From: an uncultured Acidobacteriota bacterium
GTDB lineage: Bacteria > Acidobacteriota > Vicinamibacteria > Vicinamibacterales > UBA8438
DNA length: 64,000 nt
NCBI GenBank assembly: GCA_913043225.1
Contig: CAJWLU010000001.1
Coordinates: forward strand, 267,882 to 331,881
Reading direction: 5' to 3'
Shown here piece by piece: positions 20,849 to 30,168 of the stretch (positions are counted from its first letter, which is position 1; the number at the start of each line of letters is the position of its first letter). Under the pieces are notes generated by a model. The model ran no database searches, was not told the origin of the DNA, and worked only from the letters and a program-made list of their open reading frames with translations. The translations under genes were made by a program, and so were the position numbers.

Positions 20849-21970
20849 GTGTTCACCGTGGCCTCTCACGACAAGCCTTCCACTCGGCGTATCCTGCACG
20901 TCGATATGGACGCCTTCTACGCGTCGGTCGAACAGCGAGACGATCCCTCGTTACGGGGAATGCCGGTCGCGGTCGGCGGCCGACCCGATGGGCGCGGGGT
21001 GGTCGCGGCGGCCAGCTATGAAGCACGCAGGTTCGGGGTCCGCTCGGCGATGTCCATGGCGCGGGCCGTCCGGCTATGCCCAGAGTTACGCATCGTGCGC
21101 CCTGATTTCGCCCGCTATCGGTCCATCTCGCAACAAATTTTTGGGATGTACCGGTCGGTGACCCCGCTCGTCGAACCGCTCTCGCTGGATGAGGCTTACC
21201 TAGACGTCACCGAGAACAACTGGGGCGAACCGCTCGCAACCACGGTCGCCAAACGGCTTAAGCGCTGGATCAAGGAGGACACCGGGCTAACGGCCTCGGC
21301 CGGGGCAGCGCCGAACAAGTTCCTGGCAAAGATCGCGTCTGACTGGAACAAACCGGACGGGCTAACCGTCATCCCAACCGAACGGGTGGAAGGGTTCCTT
21401 CAGCAGCTCCCAGTGGAGGCACTCTGGGGTGTAGGACCGGTGACCGCGAAACGGCTGCGGGTGGCCGGCATCACCAGGCTGGTCGACGTGCGGGAGGTCG
21501 CCGACGACACGCTGTACGGCGCCGTTGGTAACCAAGCCGAGTGGCTGAGGCGGCTGGCCGCCGGCATCGACGACCGTCCGGTGACCCCGCACCGGGTCGT
21601 AAAATCATCGGGGTCCGAACGCACGTTTCCCGCCGATCTGACCGACCTCGCGGTCATTCGCCACGAGGTAGATCAAATGGCTCGGCCGCTCGCCCGGTGG
21701 CTCGCTGAGCGAAAGTTCGGAGCCCGGACGGTGATCATCAAGGTACGCTACGACGACTTCACGACGGTGACTCGCAGCCACAGCGAACGGCCCGCGATTC
21801 GCGAGGAAGCGGCCCTTGCGGCGCGAGCCGTGGCTCTGCTCAGCCGCACCGAGGCCGGGGTCCGCCCTGTACGGCTCCTTGGGGTTAGCGTCCACAACCT
21901 CGAAACCGACGTCCCCGGCGACGACCCGCTGGGCCACCCGACGCTACCGCTGACGACCGACCGCGACTAG
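20849..21970 (+). CDS. dinB: DNA polymerase IV
   Basis: N-terminus RRILHVDMDAFYASVEQRDDP, then SLDEAYLDVT, ASAGAAPNKFLAKIASD and LWGVGPVTAKRL. Collinear with DinB. GTG start at 20849 or 20858. Confidence 0.9.
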   Translation: MFTVASHDKPSTRRILHVDMDAFYASVEQRDDPSLRGMPVAVGGRPDGRGVVAAASYEARRFGVRSAMSMARAVRLCPELRIVRPDFARYRSISQQIFGMYRSVTPLVEPLSLDEAYLDVTENNWGEPLATTVAKRLKRWIKEDTGLTASAGAAPNKFLAKIASDWNKPDGLTVIPTERVEGFLQQLPVEALWGVGPVTAKRLRVAGITRLVDVREVADDTLYGAVGNQAEWLRRLAAGIDDRPVTPHRVVKSSGSERTFPADLTDLAVIRHEVDQMARPLARWLAERKFGARTVIIKVRYDDFTTVTRSHSERPAIREEAALAARAVALLSRTEAGVRPVRLLGVSVHNLETDVPGDDPLGHPTLPLTTDRD

Positions 21971-22005
21971 GAATGTTCAGCACCAGCACATAGGATAATT
22001 CAGCC

Positions 22006-22239
22006 ATGCTCAAAGGCACCCGCTCGGCAATCCTGCGGAAGGTCCAGCCGGTCAGTATTCACGGGCAAATCTCGTGGGACGTCTACTTTAACGATCCCGA
22101 GCAGCCGGAGGGTGCAATCGAGATGGCGCGGGTGGGCCCGGAAGCGGTCGAGGGCCAGCTCGAGCCGGGACATCGGATCACGCTGACCTACCTCCTCGGC
22201 AGCGTCACTGCAGTCCGTCGAGACACACCGAACGGGTGA
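22006..22239 (+). CDS. hypothetical small protein
   Basis: 77-aa ORF with strong third-position G/C bias, better than the overlapping minus-strand 81-aa ORF. No obvious RBS and no family recognised. Confidence 0.35.
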   Translation: MLKGTRSAILRKVQPVSIHGQISWDVYFNDPEQPEGAIEMARVGPEAVEGQLEPGHRITLTYLLGSVTAVRRDTPNG

Positions 22240-22249
22240 GAACATATCC

Positions 22250-22620
22250 CCCCGGAATCAAGCGTTAGGATTTCGGCGAGGTCGAGAAGATACAGGGTCG
22301 TGCCCACCAGCGTCGGCACGGTCTAGGCGGTAGCCCAGACTACATCTGCATGTCCTCGACCCATGAACCTGTCTGGCGATAACCGACCGAGGACCAGCTC
22401 ACTATCCTCAGCTAGCATAACGGTCGACTCGCCCGCCTGCGGAAAGCTCGCATGACTTGTAGCCCTGATCCTGCCAGACCACCTCGCCCATGTGGACATC
22501 CATTGCGGTCAAGAAGGCGGACCGTTTCCATATATCGTGTGCGCTTCCATCGCCGTGACTCTACCGGACCCAACGCGTTGTCGAGCCTCGGGCCGTGTGG
22601 TAGAAGGACATCAACACCTT
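22250..22620 (-). pseudogene. remnant of a PQQ-like / BamB-like beta-propeller repeat gene (C-terminal part, frameshifted with in-frame stops)
   Basis: Hand translation of the minus strand gives SHGDGSAHDIWKRSAFLTAMDVHMGEVVWQDQGYKSCELSAGGRVDRYAS*. A second frame gives LAEDSELVLGRLSPDRFMGRGHADVVWATA*TVPTLVGTTLYLLDLAEILTLD. The pattern (L.A.D..tGe..W...AGGRV, then PalvG..LYlrd...l..ld) is typical of PQQ-propeller C-termini, but no intact ORF exists. Confidence 0.35.
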
Positions 22621-22621
22621 T

Positions 22622-23731
22622 ATGACTGCGCCCGTGGACCGCGTTTCACCTTCGTCTAGCCTGGAAGCCCTTGGCTGGAACGAGGATCTCGCGCGACACT
22701 TCGCGGCCGAGACCACCGAGTGCCGGCCGGCGCGGGTTGCAGTGGCCCACAATTACCTGTTCCAGCTACTCGGCGCATCCGGCGCCCTGATGGCCGAGGT
22801 CTCGGGCCGACTCCGCCATCAGACCGCGACGCAGGACGCGATGCCGGTCGTGGGTGACTGGGTCTCGGCCCGGATCCATTCCGACGAGGAGAAGGCCACG
22901 ATCGAAACGGTGCTGCCACGCCGTACCAGCTTCTCGAGGAAAGCGGCTGGCGAAGCCACGCGACGGCAGCTCGTCGCCGCGAACATCGACGTTATCTTTT
23001 TGGTCTGCGGGCTCGATGGCGACTTCAACCTGCGGCGGATCGAGCGCTACCTGGTGGCTATCGCTGACAGTGGAGCGCGTGCGGTCATCGTCCTCAATAA
23101 GGCCGACATGTCATCCGAGCCCGACCGGGCCAGAGCTGAGGTCGCGGCGATGACGCCGGCCTCGCCGATTCACGTGATTAGCTGCCTCGAAGAGGGGGGC
23201 GTGGAACCACTCACAGAACATCTTGCCCTGGGCCGTACCATCGCGCTCCTGGGCTCGTCCGGCGTCGGGAAATCCACGATCATCAACCGGATGCTCGGGA
23301 CGGAGCGTCAACGGACCGGGGGCGTACGGCGGCGTGACCGCCGCGGACGCCACACCACGACCCAGCGCGAGTTGATCGTGTTACCGACTGGCGGCCTCCT
23401 CATCGACACACCGGGCATGCGGGAGCTGCAGCTCTGGGATGCCGACGTGGCCACCGATGACGCCTTCGACGATATCGAGGCACTCGCCGCCGGGTGCCGC
23501 TTCCGCGACTGCCGCCACGACCAAGAACCACACTGCGCTGTCCGCGGAGCCGTCAAGGCGGGCACGCTGCCGGCCGCCCGACTGGCCAACTACCGAACCC
23601 TGACCCGTGAGGCCAACGAGCTACGGCGCCGACGCGAGGAACTGGCCCGGCAGGACGAGCAGCGTCGGACCAGATCGGCCTATCGCTCCATGCGCACCAT
23701 GCGGCACAAACGACTCGGATCGGAGCCATGA
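22622..23731 (+). CDS. rsgA: ribosome small-subunit-dependent GTPase A
   Basis: Circularly permuted GTPase: NKADM (G4) precedes LLGSSGVGKSTIINRMLG (G1), then DTPGMRE. C-terminal zinc knuckle CRFRDCRHDQEPHCAV. Confidence 0.9.
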   Translation: MTAPVDRVSPSSSLEALGWNEDLARHFAAETTECRPARVAVAHNYLFQLLGASGALMAEVSGRLRHQTATQDAMPVVGDWVSARIHSDEEKATIETVLPRRTSFSRKAAGEATRRQLVAANIDVIFLVCGLDGDFNLRRIERYLVAIADSGARAVIVLNKADMSSEPDRARAEVAAMTPASPIHVISCLEEGGVEPLTEHLALGRTIALLGSSGVGKSTIINRMLGTERQRTGGVRRRDRRGRHTTTQRELIVLPTGGLLIDTPGMRELQLWDADVATDDAFDDIEALAAGCRFRDCRHDQEPHCAVRGAVKAGTLPAARLANYRTLTREANELRRRREELARQDEQRRTRSAYRSMRTMRHKRLGSEP

Positions 23732-24948
23732 CCTCAACGAGAACGCTGCTTGTCGCACTGGTCGGGACCGTCGTTGCCCTCACCGGGCTGACCGCCCAAG
23801 ATGACCGGATCACAGTCCGGGCCGGCCGCCTCCTCGACGGCACCGGCCGGATCGTCGAGAACGCGCGGATCACCATCGACGGGTCCGAGATCGCCGGGGT
23901 CGACCGGCTCCGGGGCGCGGTCACCTATGACCTGTCCGGAATGACGGTCATGCCGGGTCTGATCGATACCCACGTCCACCTTACCTCCCATTTCGACGCT
24001 GATGGGGAGACACATGACGACCTCGACGAGTCACCCGCCCGGACGATTCTCTATGCGGCGGAGAACGCGTACAAGACACTGCAGGGTGGGGTCACGACGA
24101 TCCAGAGCCTCGGCAGCCCGCTCGACGCCGAGCTGCGGGACGCCATCGCGAGAGGCTCTCTGCCCGGTCCTAGGATCCTGAGCTCGCTCGGCGCCATCCG
24201 CGAGAGTACCGGCACGCCGGACGAGATCCGCACGGCCGTGCGACAACTGGCCAACAACGGCGCCGACGTGATCAAGATCTTCGCCTCGGCCAGCATCCGC
24301 GACGGCGGCGAACTGGTGATGAGCCCTGAACAGCTTGAGGCCGCCTGCGGCGAAGCGACCGCCGTCGGGCTCAGGTCAGTCGTCCACGCGTACGGCACGG
24401 AAGGGGTGACGGCGGTGGTCGAGGCCGGATGTGGGGGTATCGAACACGGCACCAGATTCGACGACGAGACGATCGCGCTAATGGCCGAACGGGAAACGTA
24501 TCTCGACCTGCACCTGGAGTTGCTCTGGAGCAACTACGACGAATATCGAAGCGCCTTTATCGGACGGGGCAACTACACCGAAATGGGCTACGCGCGGATG
24601 GCGGAGGCCAGGCGCGCCGGCCTCGACACCTTCCAGCGGACCGTCAGTCACGGGGACGTCAAGATGGTCTTTGGCACCGACGCGCTGGCCGGTGCCCATG
24701 GACGGAACACGGACGAGCTCGTAGCGCGGGTTCGGATCGGACGGCAACGCCCGATGGACGCCATCGTGTCGGCCACCTCACTGGCGGCCGAATCGCTCGG
24801 GCTCGGTGACCGGATCGGCACTCTCGCACGCGGCTACGAGGCAGACCTGATCGCGGTGCCCGGGGACGCGCTCGCCGACATCGTCGCATTGCGTAACGTC
24901 AGATTCGTAATGAAGGGCGGGGTGGTATTCAAGTACGAAGCACAGTAA
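23728..24948 (+). CDS. secreted amidohydrolase-superfamily metallohydrolase
   Basis: Signal peptide (LLVALVGTVVALTGLTAQ), metal-binding GLIDTHVHL, and later VHAYG, IEHG and FGTDA motifs of the amidohydrolase fold. ATGA overlap with the rsgA stop. Confidence 0.85.
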   Translation: MTSTRTLLVALVGTVVALTGLTAQDDRITVRAGRLLDGTGRIVENARITIDGSEIAGVDRLRGAVTYDLSGMTVMPGLIDTHVHLTSHFDADGETHDDLDESPARTILYAAENAYKTLQGGVTTIQSLGSPLDAELRDAIARGSLPGPRILSSLGAIRESTGTPDEIRTAVRQLANNGADVIKIFASASIRDGGELVMSPEQLEAACGEATAVGLRSVVHAYGTEGVTAVVEAGCGGIEHGTRFDDETIALMAERETYLDLHLELLWSNYDEYRSAFIGRGNYTEMGYARMAEARRAGLDTFQRTVSHGDVKMVFGTDALAGAHGRNTDELVARVRIGRQRPMDAIVSATSLAAESLGLGDRIGTLARGYEADLIAVPGDALADIVALRNVRFVMKGGVVFKYEAQ

Positions 24949-25018
24949 CGCCCTGCAGGTGGGGAGCAGTCCCGAGGGAAGAGCTTGGGCTGCCACATGG
25001 AGCAAAGCCCCATGGAGA

Positions 25019-25609
25019 CTAGTGGACGCCCCGCCCCATCTGTAACGTCGATGGGTCGGCACCGAGCCGGCGAATCGCCGTCTCCCACATGTCGGCCGGG
25101 GCGGTATCGAAAATCAGATCGAGTTGGACGTCCGCGACGAGCCAGGCCGACGCCGCTAGCTCCTCGTCGAGCTGACCGGCGCCCCACCCGGCGTAGCCCG
25201 TCAGCAGACGTGCCCGATCGGGCGGCCGATCAACGAGCAGACAACGGAGCAGGTCAGGCGACGTCGACAGATACAGCCCGTCGCACACCTCGACCGACTC
25301 GGCATCCAGCGGCTCGTCTCCCATCAGTATCCAACCGCGCTCTGGTTCGACCGGACCGCCGATCCAGAGCTGCAATCCATTGTCGCCGTCGACCGGTGGG
25401 GTTAAACGTACCACCGACGACGCCGGCGTCTCCGTCTGGCGATTCAGCACTAGTCCAAACGCACCCTCTTCGCCGTGTTCGCACAACAGGACCACCGTCT
25501 GCTTGAAGTTAGGATCGACGAGCTGCGGCATCGACAGCAACAAGGTGGGAACGAGCGAACCGGGCTGCAGAGACTTGGTCATACCGACGTCAACGTCTTC
25601 CCCAATCAT
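25019..25609 (-). CDS. YqgE/AlgH family protein (UPF0301)
   Basis: LLLSMPQLVDPNFKQTVVLLCEHGEEGAFGLVLNR and GGPVEPERGWIL match the YqgE/AlgH family. Start at 25609 or 25582. Confidence 0.85.
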   Translation of the reverse strand: MIGEDVDVGMTKSLQPGSLVPTLLLSMPQLVDPNFKQTVVLLCEHGEEGAFGLVLNRQTETPASSVVRLTPPVDGDNGLQLWIGGPVEPERGWILMGDEPLDAESVEVCDGLYLSTSPDLLRCLLVDRPPDRARLLTGYAGWGAGQLDEELAASAWLVADVQLDLIFDTAPADMWETAIRRLGADPSTLQMGRGVH

Positions 25610-25642
25610 AGTTCAGCGTCCGATATCGGGGTTCGGACGACG

Positions 25643-26725
25643 TCAGCGCGATCCACTGTCGAGCCGGTCACGCGCCCAGGCAAGGTGCTCCGCCACCAGG
25701 GGGTCACGCACGCAGTCGTCTGAAACGGCCACCTCGTCCGACTCCTCGAGCGTTCGCGCGAGCCCGGCGTCGTCGGTATTGCCAAGCGCGACCGCAACAT
25801 TCCGCCGTAACCGTCGAACCCGAGCGCGCATCATCGCGCCGCCGCGGATGGCATCCCGCAGCTCGGCGTCTGAGCGACGCCACAGCTCACCCAGATCGGG
25901 CCGGTCCAGAGCCTGTCGCGGCTGCCATGCTGGATCGTCGCTCACTGGTGGTTGCTGATTGAAGGGACAGACCTCCTGGCAGATATCGCACCCGTAGACG
26001 TGATTGCTTAGCGACGGCCGCAGCGCCTCTGGCAGGGCGCCCTTGGTCTCGATCGTGAGATAGGACAGACACCGCGTCGAGTCGAGCACCCCGGGAGTTG
26101 GGAACGCCTTGGTCGGACAGGCATCCAGACAGAGCGTGCAAGAGCCACACTGGTCGAAGCCGGGGGGATCAGCCGCGAGGTCGAGCGTGGTAACCACCAC
26201 CGAGAGAAACAGCCAAGAGCCGAGCTCGGGATGGATGAGGCAAGTATTCTTCCCGACCCAGCCCAGCCCGGCGCGCTCAGCGAACGCCTTCTCCTGGATC
26301 GGACCGGTGTCAACATAGATCCGGCACCGGGACGGCTCGTCGTGTTCGGCCGTCATCCATTCCCCCAGCGCCCGGGTACGGTCGCCGAGCACGTCGTGAT
26401 AGTCGTCACCCCACGCATAGCGCGAGATCAGGGCGACCTGCGGATCGTCTACCTCCGTCGAATAGGGGCGGTCGACGTTGTAGACGGTCCCAAGCATCAC
26501 CACGGCCCTCGCGCCGGGGAGAACCAGGCGGGGATCGGCTCGCCGCTCGGCGTTTCTCGCGAGATAGTGCATCTCGCCCGCATAGCCACGATCCAGCCAC
26601 TCGCGCAGCACCCCGAGCCGCTCGAACGGCACAGCCGGCGCAATTCCGCACAGGTCGAAGCCGAGCTCGGCAGCACGTGCCTTAACCGCCTCGGCCGTCG
26701 CCGGTCTGGGCTGTGGTTTACCCAT
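25643..26725 (-). CDS. queG: tRNA epoxyqueuosine(34) reductase
   Basis: 360 aa with GFDLCGIA near the N-terminus. Two ferredoxin-type clusters CGSCTLCLDACPT and CDICQEVCPFN. C-terminal HEAT-like region. Confidence 0.9.
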   Translation of the reverse strand: MGKPQPRPATAEAVKARAAELGFDLCGIAPAVPFERLGVLREWLDRGYAGEMHYLARNAERRADPRLVLPGARAVVMLGTVYNVDRPYSTEVDDPQVALISRYAWGDDYHDVLGDRTRALGEWMTAEHDEPSRCRIYVDTGPIQEKAFAERAGLGWVGKNTCLIHPELGSWLFLSVVVTTLDLAADPPGFDQCGSCTLCLDACPTKAFPTPGVLDSTRCLSYLTIETKGALPEALRPSLSNHVYGCDICQEVCPFNQQPPVSDDPAWQPRQALDRPDLGELWRRSDAELRDAIRGGAMMRARVRRLRRNVAVALGNTDDAGLARTLEESDEVAVSDDCVRDPLVAEHLAWARDRLDSGSR

Positions 26726-26778
26726 CGTGAAAACGATCCGCGCGAACAGGCCCTCCAGGCACGAGCGTCGTTTTCAAG

Positions 26779-29700
26779 CTAAAACGAATACCTCAGCCCA
26801 AACTGCATCTCGCGCGCGTTCTGCGCGCTAAAGATGCGTCCGAAGTTTGGGGTGCCGAAGATCCGGTTCGGCACGTCGAAGTTAGCCCGGTTCAAGAGGT
26901 TGAAAATCTCCCACCGGAACTGGAGCCGTCCCTCATTCACCTGCCAGTCCTTCTGCACCGACAGGTCGACCACGGCAAACCCTGGGGCGAAGACGCTGTT
27001 TCGTGGGGCGCTCCCGAAGGTGAACGGGGCCTGGAGCGCGAACGCCGCGGTGTTAAACCACTCGGTGGCGCTACGCTGGCCCGCAGACAGGTTCGGATCG
27101 CCAATCCGGTCCGGCCGCTGGAACGGACCCGACCCGATGTTGGCGATATCCTGGGCAAGATTGACGGTGAACGGGGCACCTGACTGCACCGTCAGGATGG
27201 CGTTAAGCCGCCACCCGGCGGCAAGCAGCTCAGCCGTCCCGCCGGCACGCTCGAAGAACGGCAGCTGATAGCTGCCGCTGGCGACGAGCTGATGACGGCG
27301 GTCAAAGCTCGAAAGCGCCTCCTCTCCGGGGAAGATATTGCGCACATCCTGCGGCACATTCGACTCGAACGCAGTAGCTCCTGGGCTGGACGCATCGTCC
27401 AGCGACCGGGACAGCGTGTAGGCGGCATTGAAAGAGAATCGGCCGTCAAAGCGCCGCTCCGCCTTGAATGTCAAGGCGTGGTAGATGGACTTGCCGTCGA
27501 ATCGGATCGCCCGAATGGCACTCAGCTGCGGAATCGGCCTCCGGGCATCAATCGGCCCCGGACCAGGCTCTGGCACATTCCGGATGGTCGAGTTGTCGGC
27601 CCCGAGCGTGTACGAGCCCATGTACAGGACCTCCAACATGGTTCGCGGAAACGCTTCTATCTGCACGCCTCCGCTCCAGGTCTGTGTGTATTCGACCTGG
27701 TAGTCGTTGTCCATAATCGTGCCGCCGATGCTACCGGTCGAGTCTGAGGAAAGGATGTTCCTCGTCTGGAGGCTCGGCACCAGCTGATCCGAGGGCGCAT
27801 CAACCTGCTTCAGGAAGAAAAATGGCAGGTTGCGCGAAAATGCGGTCTGCACACTGTAGGCCCACTGGTTCAGGAAGATGCCGTAGCCCCCGCGGATCAC
27901 GGCCGGTCGCTCCTCGCCCAGGGACAAGGCGAACCCCGTCCGCGGCGCCAGCCGCACCTTACTTGGGCGCAAAAGGCTCCGCTCCCAGCCGATCTCGGAT
28001 GAGGTGACCCAGGGGATCGGGATGAGCGGCAGCAACGCCTGCGCGTCGGACGAAATGTTGCCCTGGTCATCGCTGGCGATGACAAACCGCCCGCCCGGCA
28101 CCGAGAGGTCGATTGAGGACAGCTCGTTATCCACGTCCTTCATATGGGCGTTGTACTCGTAGCGCAAGCCGTAGTTGATCGTCAGGTTATCTCTGACCCG
28201 CCAGTCGTCCTGGGCATAGAGATGAAGCCAGGTGGTCCGGGCATCCTCATCGCCGCCGCCCACGCCTGAGCGGGCGGAGGTGGGAAACCCGAGAAGAAGA
28301 TCGGCCAACGCGTTCCCCGTCCACTGCCCCGTATAGCTGAAGGCGCCCCGCGCCGTGTCGGCATTGAGCGGCCTGAACTTCAAATGAAAAAGGTAGCCGC
28401 CGAACTTAAACCGATGGGCGCCGCGATCAATCAGGAAGTTGTTGTAGAGCTCGAGGTGTTCGTTGTCACGGGAGACGAACGTCGTTGGATCTCCCATCGT
28501 GCTGAACAATCCACCGGTCGAGATCTGAGGAAACCCGACATCCCGCGGGTTCCGGCTGACCCCTAGCAGACCGACATTGCCGGCGAAGTCGAATCCGGCG
28601 TTGGCGCTCCGCTGCCCGCCATCCACCGACATATAGCCGAACCGAAACTCGTTCAGCATGCTGACACCGAAGGTCTTGGTGTGGCTGACGCCCAGGTTCC
28701 TGGTAGTGGTGTCCAGCGAGCGTCCGAACCCTGGCACCAGGGACTCCTGCTGCACGCTTGTCCCGAAGGGCTGAATCTCGTCGGCGTCGAAGGTGCTGAA
28801 CCGGACGAACATTTGCTGGGTGTCAGTCAACCGATGGTCGACGCGAACACTGAACTGATGGACGTCTTTGTCTTGTTGCTCGACGGACGTGAGATTCTGG
28901 AACTCCCCGGTGCCATTGGGCAGCGGCACGTTGGCGAGAAACGCCTGCGCGATCGGGTCTAGGCGGTCGGCGGGAATGCGGTTTCCTGGGAACGGCGCGC
29001 ACGCGCCGGTGCCGGCATCGATGGTGCTCGGATCGCAGATCGAATCCCAACCAGTGAAGTCCCCTGACCGCAACGTCGACGTCGGCACCGAGAAGGTCTT
29101 GGTCAGCGAACGCTTGGTGTCCTGACGTTCGTAGCTCACGAAGAAGAAGGTTCGATCAGGCACAATCGGCCCGCCGAACGAGCCTCCGTATTGGTGCTGA
29201 TCGAGCGGCGGCACCGGCAGGCTGCGATCATCGAAGAAGTTGTGCGCATCGAAACGCTCGTCACGCACGAACTCGAAGAGGCTCCCGCTGAAACGGTTAG
29301 CCCCAGACTTGGTCGCGACATTGATAAGCGCCGATGCCTTCCCCCCGAACTCGGGCGGATACATCGACTTCTGGATCTTGAACTCCTGGATCGAATCGAC
29401 GGAGGGATTGATAACCAGGTTGTTGAACAACTCGTCAGTGACCTTGAAGCCATCAAGCAGGTAGATGTTGTGACCCGCCCGCTGCCCACCGACGTTGGGT
29501 AACGGCCCGGCCTGCTGCAGGGCAGCGCCGCGGGTGCCACCGGGCGGGATGACCACGGCGTCGCTAAGTTGGGCCAACTGGAGGAACTGCCGCCCGTTGA
29601 GCGGAATCTGCTCGACCTCGCGAGTCTCGATCACGTCACTGATTTCGGCCGTGGTGACCTGAAGCAGGGGCGCGGTCACCTCGACCACGACCTCCTCGCT

Positions 29701-30033
29701 CACCGCACCAAGCGTCAGGGCGAACTCGAGCTCCAGGGTGCGACCGATCTCAAGCGTGATACCGCGCTGCACCGCGCGCTGAAAACCGGGAAGCTCTGCC
29801 ACCACTTCCCATCGACCAGTGGGCAGGGCGGGAAGAAAAAATCGGCCCTGGCTATCAGTTACGCGTTCGACCCGTAGGCCGCTGTCGGGATGACTCGCGA
29901 CGATCGTCGCGCCGGGAAGCACGCCACCGCTGCCGTCGACAACCAGGCCGCCTATTTCGCCGGTGTTGGCTTGAGCGCCCAGCCCGACCGTAGCCACGCC
30001 CAGCAACCAGATCACGAAACCCCAAATCCTCAT
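26779..30033 (-). CDS. TonB-dependent receptor-like outer-membrane protein with N-terminal CarboxypepD_reg domain (Oar-like)
   Basis: From Met 30033: signal peptide MRIWGFVIWLLGVATVGLGAQA. CarboxypepD_reg-like GGLVVDGSGGVLPGATIVASHPDSGLRVERVTDSQGRFFLPALPTGRWEVVAELPGF. Then a long Gly/Asn/Ser/Phe-rich barrel ending MQFGLRYSF* (terminal Phe). Confidence 0.85.
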   Translation of the reverse strand: MRIWGFVIWLLGVATVGLGAQANTGEIGGLVVDGSGGVLPGATIVASHPDSGLRVERVTDSQGRFFLPALPTGRWEVVAELPGFQRAVQRGITLEIGRTLELEFALTLGAVSEEVVVEVTAPLLQVTTAEISDVIETREVEQIPLNGRQFLQLAQLSDAVVIPPGGTRGAALQQAGPLPNVGGQRAGHNIYLLDGFKVTDELFNNLVINPSVDSIQEFKIQKSMYPPEFGGKASALINVATKSGANRFSGSLFEFVRDERFDAHNFFDDRSLPVPPLDQHQYGGSFGGPIVPDRTFFFVSYERQDTKRSLTKTFSVPTSTLRSGDFTGWDSICDPSTIDAGTGACAPFPGNRIPADRLDPIAQAFLANVPLPNGTGEFQNLTSVEQQDKDVHQFSVRVDHRLTDTQQMFVRFSTFDADEIQPFGTSVQQESLVPGFGRSLDTTTRNLGVSHTKTFGVSMLNEFRFGYMSVDGGQRSANAGFDFAGNVGLLGVSRNPRDVGFPQISTGGLFSTMGDPTTFVSRDNEHLELYNNFLIDRGAHRFKFGGYLFHLKFRPLNADTARGAFSYTGQWTGNALADLLLGFPTSARSGVGGGDEDARTTWLHLYAQDDWRVRDNLTINYGLRYEYNAHMKDVDNELSSIDLSVPGGRFVIASDDQGNISSDAQALLPLIPIPWVTSSEIGWERSLLRPSKVRLAPRTGFALSLGEERPAVIRGGYGIFLNQWAYSVQTAFSRNLPFFFLKQVDAPSDQLVPSLQTRNILSSDSTGSIGGTIMDNDYQVEYTQTWSGGVQIEAFPRTMLEVLYMGSYTLGADNSTIRNVPEPGPGPIDARRPIPQLSAIRAIRFDGKSIYHALTFKAERRFDGRFSFNAAYTLSRSLDDASSPGATAFESNVPQDVRNIFPGEEALSSFDRRHQLVASGSYQLPFFERAGGTAELLAAGWRLNAILTVQSGAPFTVNLAQDIANIGSGPFQRPDRIGDPNLSAGQRSATEWFNTAAFALQAPFTFGSAPRNSVFAPGFAVVDLSVQKDWQVNEGRLQFRWEIFNLLNRANFDVPNRIFGTPNFGRIFSAQNAREMQFGLRYSF

Positions 30034-30168
30034 CTTCCTACAGTCCTCTTCTGACAATGCCCACAATCCAGTCCACGGCCGCTGACTGTAGTTTGAACCC
30101 AAGACGAACACAACAGACACGGAAAATACAGTTACCGCCGGCCAAGCATAAATCCCATGGAGATAGAT

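Noticed and set aside
22000-22245. 81-aa minus-strand ORF overlapping the 77-aa plus-strand ORF
   Set aside because: The plus-strand frame has the better third-position G/C bias. The minus-strand product (MFSPVRCVSTDCSDAAEE...) has no features. Only one of the two can be real and neither is certain.
26729-26775. 8-bp inverted repeat GAAAACGA...TCGTTTTC between the Oar-like receptor stop and the queG start; considered as a terminator
   Set aside because: The loop is about 31 nt and no U-tract follows on the transcribed (minus) strand. Too weak to call an intrinsic terminator or attenuator.
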